Assembly: GCA_017541265.1 (NCBI GenBank) | Contig: JAFXZK010000084.1 | Coordinates: 4,217-68,216, forward strand | DNA length: 64,000 bases | Direction: 5' to 3' | Source: Bacteroidaceae bacterium | GTDB lineage: Bacteria; Bacteroidota; Bacteroidia; Bacteroidales; Bacteroidaceae | Shown: in pieces, positions 45,301-52,122 of the stretch | How the letters are laid out: every line of letters starts with the position of its first letter | Numbering within the stretch: the stretch's first letter is position 1 | Position numbers and translations under genes: made by a program | Notes under the pieces: generated by a model | Told to the model about the DNA's origin: nothing | What the model saw: the letters and a program-made list of their open reading frames with translations, nothing else | The model's database searches: none

Positions 45301-45737
45301 TCGCCAAGCGTTTTGACGCTGTTCGGGATGTCAATAGACGTAAGTCCCGTGTCCCGGAAGGCACTCTTTTTGATGGAAGTCACCGTCGAAGGCAGTATCA
45401 TCTGCTGGAGGTTAGAGCACTGGTAGAACATCTCCACGCCGATGATGTCCGACTCCGTCGTGTAGCTCCCGTAGTAAGCCTCGCCGCCGCTAACGATGTG
45501 GACGCCCGACCAGTCGAGCTTTGTCACCGTCCCTGCCGTAACCAGCCCGCGGATATACTTGATGTCGGTGCCGTTGATGAAGCCCGTCACCTTGAGTTCC
45601 TTGTCGGTGGATGTCAGAAGCGAAGAGAGCGTGCCTGCCGTCTCGACGTTGATTTCCGTCACTGCCCAGAGGCTTGACCGAGAGGCACAAACAAAAACTG
45701 TCAGCAACAGAACAAGCCTTGCTGCGTGGTTTTTCAT
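42381..45737 (-). CDS. secreted LRR / M60-like metallopeptidase / LRR protein (paralog 3, 1118 aa)
   Basis: Same architecture. HEFGH at 44034-44048. C-terminal CYDLLGRRVTALKPGNIYIRNGKK. Lies 24 nt upstream of paralog 2. Confidence 0.8.
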   Translation of the reverse strand: MKNHAARLVLLLTVFVCASRSSLWAVTEINVETAGTLSSLLTSTDKELKVTGFINGTDIKYIRGLVTAGTVTKLDWSGVHIVSGGEAYYGSYTTESDIIGVEMFYQCSNLQQMILPSTVTSIKKSAFRDTGLTSIDIPNSVKTLGEDAFAYCGSLKTVIIGKKVNQLSKGSFYASSVQNAYVKPITPPSPPSYLFSTSPRIYVYKEALADYKELGWNNYGTLSGTLANYYPMEPDEDDLLNELCENFFEDAACTQLKSEYQAMNDEELTVAMTEAGLPEQMTAIALKIKNNSWAAYEQEFRIHSYKAYSDANYWNEKLWVRCASYMGNPTGIYVQSYTDQLYVFVDQDVPEDATLYIAGSGVDQMFTSGKTGQKLKKGLNIVDGDADKFYYILYTADTKTMTKRLEEWPEIKIHIEGGKVDGYFDASRHTDTDYKKLLNAAANSTFVCKGKHSVMNIRTSVLKQTYPSRIAKAVACLDSLSVWEKDLSGMTEAVVNGEKAGAPFYLSGGDAFYPGYFNNPTYVDNNSPGSVAHSTEYGIHISLDASKTFLNPYVSNYDENGTAHEFGHQLQFPIMLVGFTEGTNDLFSNYCRFHVGHRITSGNPLSTTMQEFANRVPFYSRNVNNSCLRLFFSLYLYYHQAQKNTSFFPELFKALRADRLKSQGTNINNNTSGLKFVRKVCETAQEDLTDFFTIYGFFEPTSNLYVEDYGDHYVTTRQADIKSTKATIAKYPVKNREIIFIEDRVETLPTTSFVTTARQKRLGQDDNHWGDVGQFTSYLPGACEPSSYVYYRSDSLYAMVGTGGVGFLMLDADNNIKYAANSKCIVIPKSVDRDFTIYSVDADGSLHEVVRAGNGEESVTLATAGTLQTELTDDRANAIKLTVSGKINGKDIKYMRQLINEENLQSINLSDARVVAGGGAYYTNNGTSYSTSINSMGDYAFYGLRKLAYMKLPLTITKIGSNAFSRTSLSMIEIPDKVTAIGEDAFAYCDNLATVLIGKGAKTISKGAFYSSKVKDVYVTPLTPPSVGNYLFSSNPTIHVYASALSRYQASDWASYGTIVGDLTDEIIDGIEAPRVEEEIVNCKLSNSKCYDLLGRRVTALKPGNIYIRNGKKIMIKQ
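42467..42513 (-). repeat. aaattgtaaat-family module embedded in frame in M60-like paralog 3
   Basis: Identical 47-mer to 35618-35664, while the flanking coding DNA has many mismatches between the two paralogs. Confidence 0.85.
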
Positions 45738-45771
45738 GTCCGAACGTGTTAGTTTATAGTTTTTCCGCCTA

Positions 45772-45779
45772 CAAAGTTA
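45772..45779 (-). promoter_or_regulatory. -7 box (taactttg on minus strand), M60-like paralog 3 (head of the tandem array)
   Basis: 34 nt upstream of the start at 45737. Confidence 0.55.
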
Positions 45780-45823
45780 CAATTTAATTCTCAATTCCCG
45801 ACGCTTAATTCCCATTTTCTTTA

Positions 45824-45831
45824 TATCTTTG
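45824..45831 (+). promoter_or_regulatory. -7 box (tatctttg), glycosidase-like gene
   Basis: 18 nt upstream of the ATG at 45850. Confidence 0.55.
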
Positions 45832-45849
45832 CACAAAAATAGCACTAAC

Positions 45850-47976
45850 ATGAAAAACATGAAACGCCTTTCCTCTCTTTTGACAGTTTTCGCAGTCTCT
45901 TTCCTGGCTTTAGCACACGAAGCCACTCCCATGAACATTGAGCCGACGGACAGCGAACGTCAGCTTGTACACAACAGATGGAATGTCAACGGCAACCACT
46001 CCGTCCAGTGGGAAACATCCAAGGGCAAACTGCCCTATACCGACCACATAGAGATGTCGGGGCTTCGCGCTTCGGTGGTCTATTATTGGGGTGTGGACGA
46101 AAAGAAGCTGCTCCAGATGAACCGCCACTTGGTGTTCCCTATGCTCCGAACCATACCCAACAACACCCATGCCAGCTGGATGCCGCGCTGCGATGTGGAC
46201 TTCCTGAAGGGAATGACGGCTAACAAGCGCTTTATGACAGGGGAGGAAGTAAAGACGGTCACCATCGACGGCATACTGAATGTCTTCAGCACCATCAAGG
46301 GCGACGGCAACGACTTTGAGCTGACGCGCCAATACTTCCCAAGCACAACTAATACAGCGGTTTGCGAGGCATACACAATAAAGAACATTGGCAAGAAGAC
46401 GGAGACCATTCGTGTGCCTGCTCTTTATCAAGTTCGCACCACAAACAAAGATGACGGCACGCGCGGCTCATACAAGCTGGTGGCTCGAACGGAGTTCCAG
46501 GAGGACTTCAAGAAGACGCTCGAGCCAGGGGAAACGGCAGAGTTCTATTGTTCCATTCAAGCTTTTGCCGAGGCCGACGAGAAGGAAGTTCCCCTGAATG
46601 TGGCAGACGAAAGGGGTTGGCGACAGGCGTTTGTGGATAAGGTGGCCAACGACAACCTGCAATTCACTTGCCCTGACCTCACCATCCAGACGCTTTTCCA
46701 GATGAGCAAGATTCGTGCCAGCGAGAGCATCTTCCATACCCAGAACGGCCTGATGCACGCTCCCGGAGGCGAGTCGTACTATGCTGCCATGTGGTGCAAC
46801 GACCAGGCGGAATACGTCAATCCCTTCTTCCCCTTTCTGGGTTACGACAAGGGGAACGAGAGTGCAATGACCACTTGGAAGTCCTACCTGAAGCTTATCA
46901 ACCCCGAATACAAGTTTGTGCCTTGGAGCATCATCTGCGGAGGCGACGATGTGTTTGGCCCCTTCGACCGCGGCGACGCTGCCATGCTTGCCTACGGAGC
47001 CAGCCGTTACTGCCTGGAACGTGGCGACAAGGAGATTGCCCGGGAGGTTTGGCCGCTGATAGAATGGTGCTTGGAGTATTGCCGTCGCCGCATCAACCAG
47101 AACGGAGTGGTTGCCAGCGAAGGGGATGAACTGGAGCACCGCTTGCCCTCAGGTGACGCTAACCTCTGCACCAGCAGCCTCTACTACGATGCCCTCATCA
47201 GCGCAGCATATCTCTTGGAGGAAAAGAGCTTCTCCAGACCCTCCCCTAATGGTATCTGCTCCTCTCCCTACAAGGGAGAGGTTGGGAGAGGGTCCGGTGG
47301 GTCTTCCTATCGCAAACAGGCTGCTGAGCTGCGCAGGAACATCGACCGCTTCTTCCATGCGACCGTCGAGGGTTACGACACCTACCGCTACTATGAGGGT
47401 AACGACGTGCTGCGCTCCTGGATTTGCATCCCCTTGACGATGGGCATCTACGAACGTGCCCAGGGCACCCTGCAAGCCATGTTCTCGCCTCAGCTCTGGA
47501 CGGAGAACGGGATGCTCTCGCAGAGCGGTGACAAGATATTCTGGGACCGCTCCACCCTCTACGGCTTCCGGGGCGCCTTTGCCGCAGGCTATGCCGACAA
47601 AGCGCTGGAGTACCTGAAGAAGTTCTCCGCCATTCGTCTGCTTGGCGAACATGTTCCATACGTCGTGGAGGCTTGGCCCGAAGGCGGACTGCGCCATCTT
47701 TCAGCCGAGAGCGGACTCTATTGCCGTATCATCACAGAGGGCTTGCTTGGGTTCCGTCCAACGGGCTTCCGCAGCTTCACCCTCACCCCCCAGATGCCCA
47801 CGGAGTGGAACGACTACAGCCTCCGCAACATCTTCGCCTGCACAGACTCTCCCATCAACATACGGGTAGAGCGCACCAGCAAAGGCAAGCTTTCTGTAAG
47901 CATCGAGAAGGGAGGCAAGCCCCTCAAGACCTTCATCATCAAGCCCGGCGAGACCATACGGGTGAATGTGAAGTGA
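45850..47976 (+). CDS. secreted protein, putative (alpha/alpha)6-type glycoside-hydrolase-like enzyme (family not assigned)
   Basis: Signal peptide MKNMKRLSSLLTVFAVSFLALA. ~700 aa. The Trp/acidic-rich central region (YYAAMWCNDQAEYVNPFFPF) is reminiscent of six-hairpin glycosidases. The start was moved downstream of the -7 box at 45824-45831. Confidence 0.4.
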   Translation: MKNMKRLSSLLTVFAVSFLALAHEATPMNIEPTDSERQLVHNRWNVNGNHSVQWETSKGKLPYTDHIEMSGLRASVVYYWGVDEKKLLQMNRHLVFPMLRTIPNNTHASWMPRCDVDFLKGMTANKRFMTGEEVKTVTIDGILNVFSTIKGDGNDFELTRQYFPSTTNTAVCEAYTIKNIGKKTETIRVPALYQVRTTNKDDGTRGSYKLVARTEFQEDFKKTLEPGETAEFYCSIQAFAEADEKEVPLNVADERGWRQAFVDKVANDNLQFTCPDLTIQTLFQMSKIRASESIFHTQNGLMHAPGGESYYAAMWCNDQAEYVNPFFPFLGYDKGNESAMTTWKSYLKLINPEYKFVPWSIICGGDDVFGPFDRGDAAMLAYGASRYCLERGDKEIAREVWPLIEWCLEYCRRRINQNGVVASEGDELEHRLPSGDANLCTSSLYYDALISAAYLLEEKSFSRPSPNGICSSPYKGEVGRGSGGSSYRKQAAELRRNIDRFFHATVEGYDTYRYYEGNDVLRSWICIPLTMGIYERAQGTLQAMFSPQLWTENGMLSQSGDKIFWDRSTLYGFRGAFAAGYADKALEYLKKFSAIRLLGEHVPYVVEAWPEGGLRHLSAESGLYCRIITEGLLGFRPTGFRSFTLTPQMPTEWNDYSLRNIFACTDSPINIRVERTSKGKLSVSIEKGGKPLKTFIIKPGETIRVNVK
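47236..47294. repeat. GC-rich palindromic element inside the glycosidase-like gene, in frame
   Basis: agaccctcccctaatggtatctgctcctctccctacaagggagaggttgggagagggtc. Inner hairpin cctctccc/gggagagg. Outer arms gaccctc.ccc / gggagagggtc. Confidence 0.75.
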
Positions 47977-48047
47977 GTTTACAAAATTCCTACAACAATC
48001 GCAACACTTGCAACACCAAGAAAAGAGAGGCTTCCATCACTGAAGTG

Positions 48048-48087
48048 AACCCCGAAAGTTAAACAAAAAACTTTCGGGGTTTATTAT
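48048..48087. terminator. bidirectional intrinsic terminator between the glycosidase-like gene and the OMP gene
   Basis: aaccccgaaagtt-aaacaaaa-aactttcggggtt (13-bp perfect stem), followed by tattat. An A-run in the loop and upstream serves the opposite strand. Confidence 0.7.
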
Positions 48088-48218
48088 GCCAGGAAGAAAG
48101 AGAAAGAAACATGATTACGCAGACCGTCTAAAGTATATGTGTCTAGGAGTCTTGGATAATACACACATTATTCGCCAAAAACAGACAAAATCCAAGGAAA
48201 TAATGCTTTCAGCGTGAC

Positions 48219-51185
48219 CTAAAACCTGCCTCCGCGAGGACCTCCGCCGAAGCCGCCGCCATCTCTGCCTCCTCCGCGAGGGCTTCTGTCCTCACCACGA
48301 CCTCCTTCGCCGCGGCCTTCCTCGCCTCTGCCGCGACCACCACCGCGTCCGCCGAAGCGACCGAAGCGCCAGTTGGCGGAAAGCAGGACATAGCTGCGCA
48401 CCATTTCGTTCTGCGTGTCGGTGCGGCTTGTGGCGCTGATGTTGCGGTTCACGTCGTCGCGCTCGTTCAGGATATCGACGGCGCGAAGGCTGACGGTCAG
48501 CTGCTTGTGCGACAGGAAGCGCTGGCTGATGCTGCCGTTCCAGATGAGATGGTCGGTGTTCATGGCGGCATCGGAGTAGCCGCGACGGCTCTGCTGCTCG
48601 ATGTCGCTGCTGATGGTCATTCCCCAGGGCGTGGTAATCACAAAGCTGCCGCCGTAGTTGAAATTATGGTGGTCGAGGTTTGATGCCGTCGCGTTGTTGC
48701 TGCGGTTGAGGTTGTAGCGGAAGTAGCCGTTGACGTTGGCCTCGACCTGCCATCCGCTCTCCCAGTCCTGACGGTAGGTGAGGCGTGCCCATTCGCTGAA
48801 GCTGCCGCTCTTCGTTTGGTTCTCCACCGTCATCTTGTTCTGGCTGCGGTAGAGGTAGCCCACGGAATTGGACATGCTTATCTGCGTGTTGGTGTTGACC
48901 CGCCAATGCTTTTTCTCGTCAAGCGCGGTGTTGAAGTTGAAGGAGGCGGAGCCGTTCCAGTTGCCGTTGACGTTGACGGGCATCGTGGTACGTCCGCCCG
49001 TCACCTCGTTGTATTCCGTGCGGTTCGTCGTGCTGTTGCGTGTGGTATGGAACTGCAAGTTGAGTGCCGAGGTGCGCTGGCGGTCAGGCACGGAGCGGCG
49101 GTACTCGAAGCTGATGTGCTGCGTGAAGCTTGGCTTGAGGGCTGCATTGCCGATGCGGATGTTCAGGGGGTTGGCATCGGAGAGCGTGTCGGGAATCATG
49201 TCGGTGATGTTTGGCCAGCCCGTATCGGCGTTGTAGCGGAAGTCGAGCTGTTCCTGTCGGCTGAACTTGTAGCGGAAGTTCACGACGGGCGAGGCATTGA
49301 CGACGGTGCGCCGCAACAGCGTGTCGATGCGTCCCTTCTGATAGTCCACGCGGCTGATTTGCGGCTGCACGTTGCCGCCTATCGTGAGCTGGTAGCGGGT
49401 GCGGTTCATGCGCAGTTGCAGGCGCAGGTCGTGGTTCTGCCCGATGTTGCGCGTGTAGCTGCACTGCTGCTTGTCGGGGACGGCATAGGGCGAATCGTAG
49501 AACATGTCGTAGTTGCCGACGTTCACACCCAGCAGGTCGTTGTAGGGGTCGAAGATGGAGCGCACGTCGCGGTCGTTGTCGCGGAAGTTGTAGCGGTAGT
49601 TGTAGGTGAGCTGCAGGAAGGCTTGGTAGGCGATGGGTTCGCTGTAGCTGAAGCGTGCGTTGAAGTTGTAGTTGTAGTTTGCTCCTCTGTTGTACTGCAC
49701 TTTGTGATAGACGGAGTCGCTTCCGTCGAGGGCTTGGATGAGGTAGTAGTCCGTCTGCGAGTAGTTGTTGCTCTTGCTGTCGGAGTCGCCATAGCCTCCG
49801 CCGAGGTTGATTGTGATGTTGCGCCCGGGCTTTTTCAGGCGTTTGTTGATTTGCAGCGAGGCAGAGGCGTTGATATTCTTCGAGCGGATCCAGTTGTCGC
49901 CTACGCGGTGGTTCACGCCAATCGCATTGGCGAGTTTGAGATAGTCGGCCAGCGGAGTGGCGGAGTACTGGAAGGGGTCGTCGTTCCAAGTGGCAGACTC
50001 GTTGCTGCCCCCGCTGCTGTTTCTGCCGAAGCTGAACTCCGGGCGGAAGAGGATGTTCCAGGTCGAGTCGGGCTTCCATTCCACCTTGTACTGGAAGTTG
50101 AAGTTGCCGTTGCGACTGCTGCTGTTGTTTCTGTTTGCTGAATAGGCGGAGTTGCGAAGCTCGAAGTTCTGGGTGTTCGACTGCGAGGCGCTGCTGCTCT
50201 GCTGGAAGTTGCCGCCCAGGCTGCCGTTCAGCTCCACCTTCTTGTTTTCCCAGTTCATCGTTGTGCCAAGCTCCTGGCGGTCGTTCAGACCGTTGCCCTG
50301 CGTGTTGTTGGCGCTGCCCACGAAGCTGAACTTCTGGTCGCCCCGGAAGGAGTTCACGTTCATTCGTCCGTTGTAGCGTTCGTGAGTGCCGTAGGCTCCG
50401 TTGGCGTTGCCGAAGAGTCCCTTCTTCTTGTTCTTCTTAATGGCGAGGTCGAGGACTGTGCGCTCGTTGCCGTCGTCGATGCCCGTGATGCGTGCCATAT
50501 CGCTCTTCTTGTCGTAGGCCTTCACCTTATCGACAATCTCGGCGGGGATGTTTTGGAGTATCAGGTTGCGGTTGTTTCCGAAGAACTCCTTGCCATCCAC
50601 GAGGATTTGGCTGATGCTCTTGCCGTTGAAGGTGTAGTTGCCGTTCTCGTCCTGCACGATGCCCGGCAGCTTCTTGATGAGATCCTCCACCATCGAGCCG
50701 TCCGGGAGCTTGAAGGCGTCGGCGTTGTAGGCCACGGTATCGTCCACCACGGTCATTTCCGGCAACTTGCCTTCTACCACAGCCTCCGCCATCACCGTGG
50801 CGTCCTCGCGCATCATCACGTCCGCCACTTTGAAGTTGCCCGAGCGCTTGGGTAGCGTCAGCTTGAACTTCTGCGTCTTGAAGCCCATAAACGAGACCTG
50901 CAACGTGTATGTGGCCGACGGGATGCCGGGCAGCAGGAACTGTCCGTTCTGCTTCGTCGTGGCACCCGCAATCATCGAGTCGCGTTCGTTGTAGAGCTTC
51001 ACGGCAGCCCCTTCCATCGGTTGCAGCTTCTCGTTCTCGAAGACTGTGCCGCGAATGTTGAGCAGAAAGAAAGACCCACCCTGTCCCTCCCTTAAAGGGA
51101 GGGTGTCTTCCCCCTTTAAGGGAGAGTTAGAGAGGGTCTGCAGCAGGAGCAGCAGCGTGGCGAGGTATCGTATAGTTTTTCCCAT
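48219..51185 (-). CDS. outer-membrane beta-barrel family protein (TonB-dependent-receptor-like) with N-terminal carboxypeptidase-regulatory-like domain
   Basis: IRGTVFENEKLQPMEGAAVKLY...YTLQVSFMGFK CarbopepD_reg-like domain, a long Asn/Tyr/Arg-rich beta-barrel, terminal aromatic F. Carries an RGG-rich tail and an in-frame insertion in the signal-peptide region. Confidence 0.75.
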   Translation of the reverse strand: MGKTIRYLATLLLLLQTLSNSPLKGEDTLPLREGQGGSFFLLNIRGTVFENEKLQPMEGAAVKLYNERDSMIAGATTKQNGQFLLPGIPSATYTLQVSFMGFKTQKFKLTLPKRSGNFKVADVMMREDATVMAEAVVEGKLPEMTVVDDTVAYNADAFKLPDGSMVEDLIKKLPGIVQDENGNYTFNGKSISQILVDGKEFFGNNRNLILQNIPAEIVDKVKAYDKKSDMARITGIDDGNERTVLDLAIKKNKKKGLFGNANGAYGTHERYNGRMNVNSFRGDQKFSFVGSANNTQGNGLNDRQELGTTMNWENKKVELNGSLGGNFQQSSSASQSNTQNFELRNSAYSANRNNSSSRNGNFNFQYKVEWKPDSTWNILFRPEFSFGRNSSGGSNESATWNDDPFQYSATPLADYLKLANAIGVNHRVGDNWIRSKNINASASLQINKRLKKPGRNITINLGGGYGDSDSKSNNYSQTDYYLIQALDGSDSVYHKVQYNRGANYNYNFNARFSYSEPIAYQAFLQLTYNYRYNFRDNDRDVRSIFDPYNDLLGVNVGNYDMFYDSPYAVPDKQQCSYTRNIGQNHDLRLQLRMNRTRYQLTIGGNVQPQISRVDYQKGRIDTLLRRTVVNASPVVNFRYKFSRQEQLDFRYNADTGWPNITDMIPDTLSDANPLNIRIGNAALKPSFTQHISFEYRRSVPDRQRTSALNLQFHTTRNSTTNRTEYNEVTGGRTTMPVNVNGNWNGSASFNFNTALDEKKHWRVNTNTQISMSNSVGYLYRSQNKMTVENQTKSGSFSEWARLTYRQDWESGWQVEANVNGYFRYNLNRSNNATASNLDHHNFNYGGSFVITTPWGMTISSDIEQQSRRGYSDAAMNTDHLIWNGSISQRFLSHKQLTVSLRAVDILNERDDVNRNISATSRTDTQNEMVRSYVLLSANWRFGRFGGRGGGRGRGEEGRGEGGRGEDRSPRGGGRDGGGFGGGPRGGRF
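51072..51139. repeat. GC-rich palindromic element inside the outer-membrane protein gene (signal-peptide region), in frame
   Basis: agacccaccctgtccctcccttaaagggagggtgtcttccccctttaagggagagttagagagggtct. Hairpin ccctccc-ttaaa-gggaggg. Outer arms agaccc/gggtct. Confidence 0.75.
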
Positions 51186-51257
51186 ACCATATATAATGAC
51201 GCATGAAAGCGGCAAAGGTTTAATCGGGGAAAAGAAAAGAGAGCTGGGGGTGAGAAA

Positions 51258-51380
51258 CTACAGTTTGCCGTCAGTACCACCATGGGAGGACTGCAGTTTT
51301 TCCGCGGTAGGACTCCAGTCCTCCCACGGTGGGACTGCAGTCCTGCAATAGAGAATTTTTAGGAGGACTGAGTTCCTGCC
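51258..51380. repeat. nested-palindrome interspersed repeat, copy 2
   Basis: cagtaccaccatgggaggactgcagt...ccgcggtaggactccagtcctccc...gggactgcagtcc...tagagaatttttaggaggact aligns with the reverse complement of copy 1. Confidence 0.8.
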
Positions 51381-51447
51381 CATAAATATTTATGGAGGAT
51401 TTTGTTGTAATGCAAAGAAAGAAGACCACAACTGTATATTTTACAAG

Positions 51448-51912
51448 TCAGAACACGATGCCGCCGCTTTGCTTTATCTCGCTCATGACGAAGGTGCTCT
51501 CGATGGAGCCGACGCTTTCGATGTCGCCAAGCTTGGAGAGGATGAACTCCTGATAGTGTTTCATGTCGCGCGCGCGTACCTTTAATAAATAGTCGTACGC
51601 GCCGCTGGTGTTGTAGCACTCCGTCACTTCGGGGATGAGCAGGATGCGGCGCACGAAGCTGTCGGCTATCTCGTGGTTGATTTGCTTCAGCTTCACTTTG
51701 CAGAAGACAAGCAGCCCCAGCCCGAGTTTCTCGGGGTCGAGCACAGCCACATACTTGCGGATGTAGCCCTGCCGCTCGAGGCGCTTCTGCCGCTCGAAGA
51801 CGGGGGTGGGCGAGAGATTTACTGCTTCGGCAAGCTCTTTTGTAGTCAGTTTCGCGTTCCTTTGCAGCGTTTTCAGTATCTGCAAGTCGGTCTTGTCTAA
51901 GGTTTCTGCCAT
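51448..51912 (-). CDS. Lrp/AsnC-family transcriptional regulator
   Basis: DKTDLQILKTLQRNAKLTTKELAEAVNLSPTPVFERQKRLERQGYI HTH plus a C-terminal RAM domain. The 553-aa ORF-track frame was trimmed to the MAETL start. Confidence 0.9.
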   Translation of the reverse strand: MAETLDKTDLQILKTLQRNAKLTTKELAEAVNLSPTPVFERQKRLERQGYIRKYVAVLDPEKLGLGLLVFCKVKLKQINHEIADSFVRRILLIPEVTECYNTSGAYDYLLKVRARDMKHYQEFILSKLGDIESVGSIESTFVMSEIKQSGGIVF

Positions 51913-51982
51913 AGTTTTAGAATGATATTCTGTTTGGAGCTGTCCAAGGAGTTCGAAATAGATGTTTCTTCTTCTCTGTTTG

Positions 51983-51990
51983 CAAAGGTA
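51983..51990 (-). promoter_or_regulatory. -7 box (tacctttg on minus strand), lrp-family gene
   Basis: 70 nt upstream of the start at 51912. Confidence 0.55.
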
Positions 51991-52042
51991 GTGATATTTT
52001 CCGAATATAGCAAGAAATTTGGAGGATATTTCCTTTTTGCCG

Positions 52043-52050
52043 TACCTTTG
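52043..52050 (+). promoter_or_regulatory. -7 box (tacctttg), metY
   Basis: 72 nt upstream of the ATG at 52123. Confidence 0.6.
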
Positions 52051-52122
52051 CAGCAGAAAACAATTCAACAGATGTCGTAATATCGAAATATCGCAATATC
52101 GTAACATAAAAAAATAAGGATT

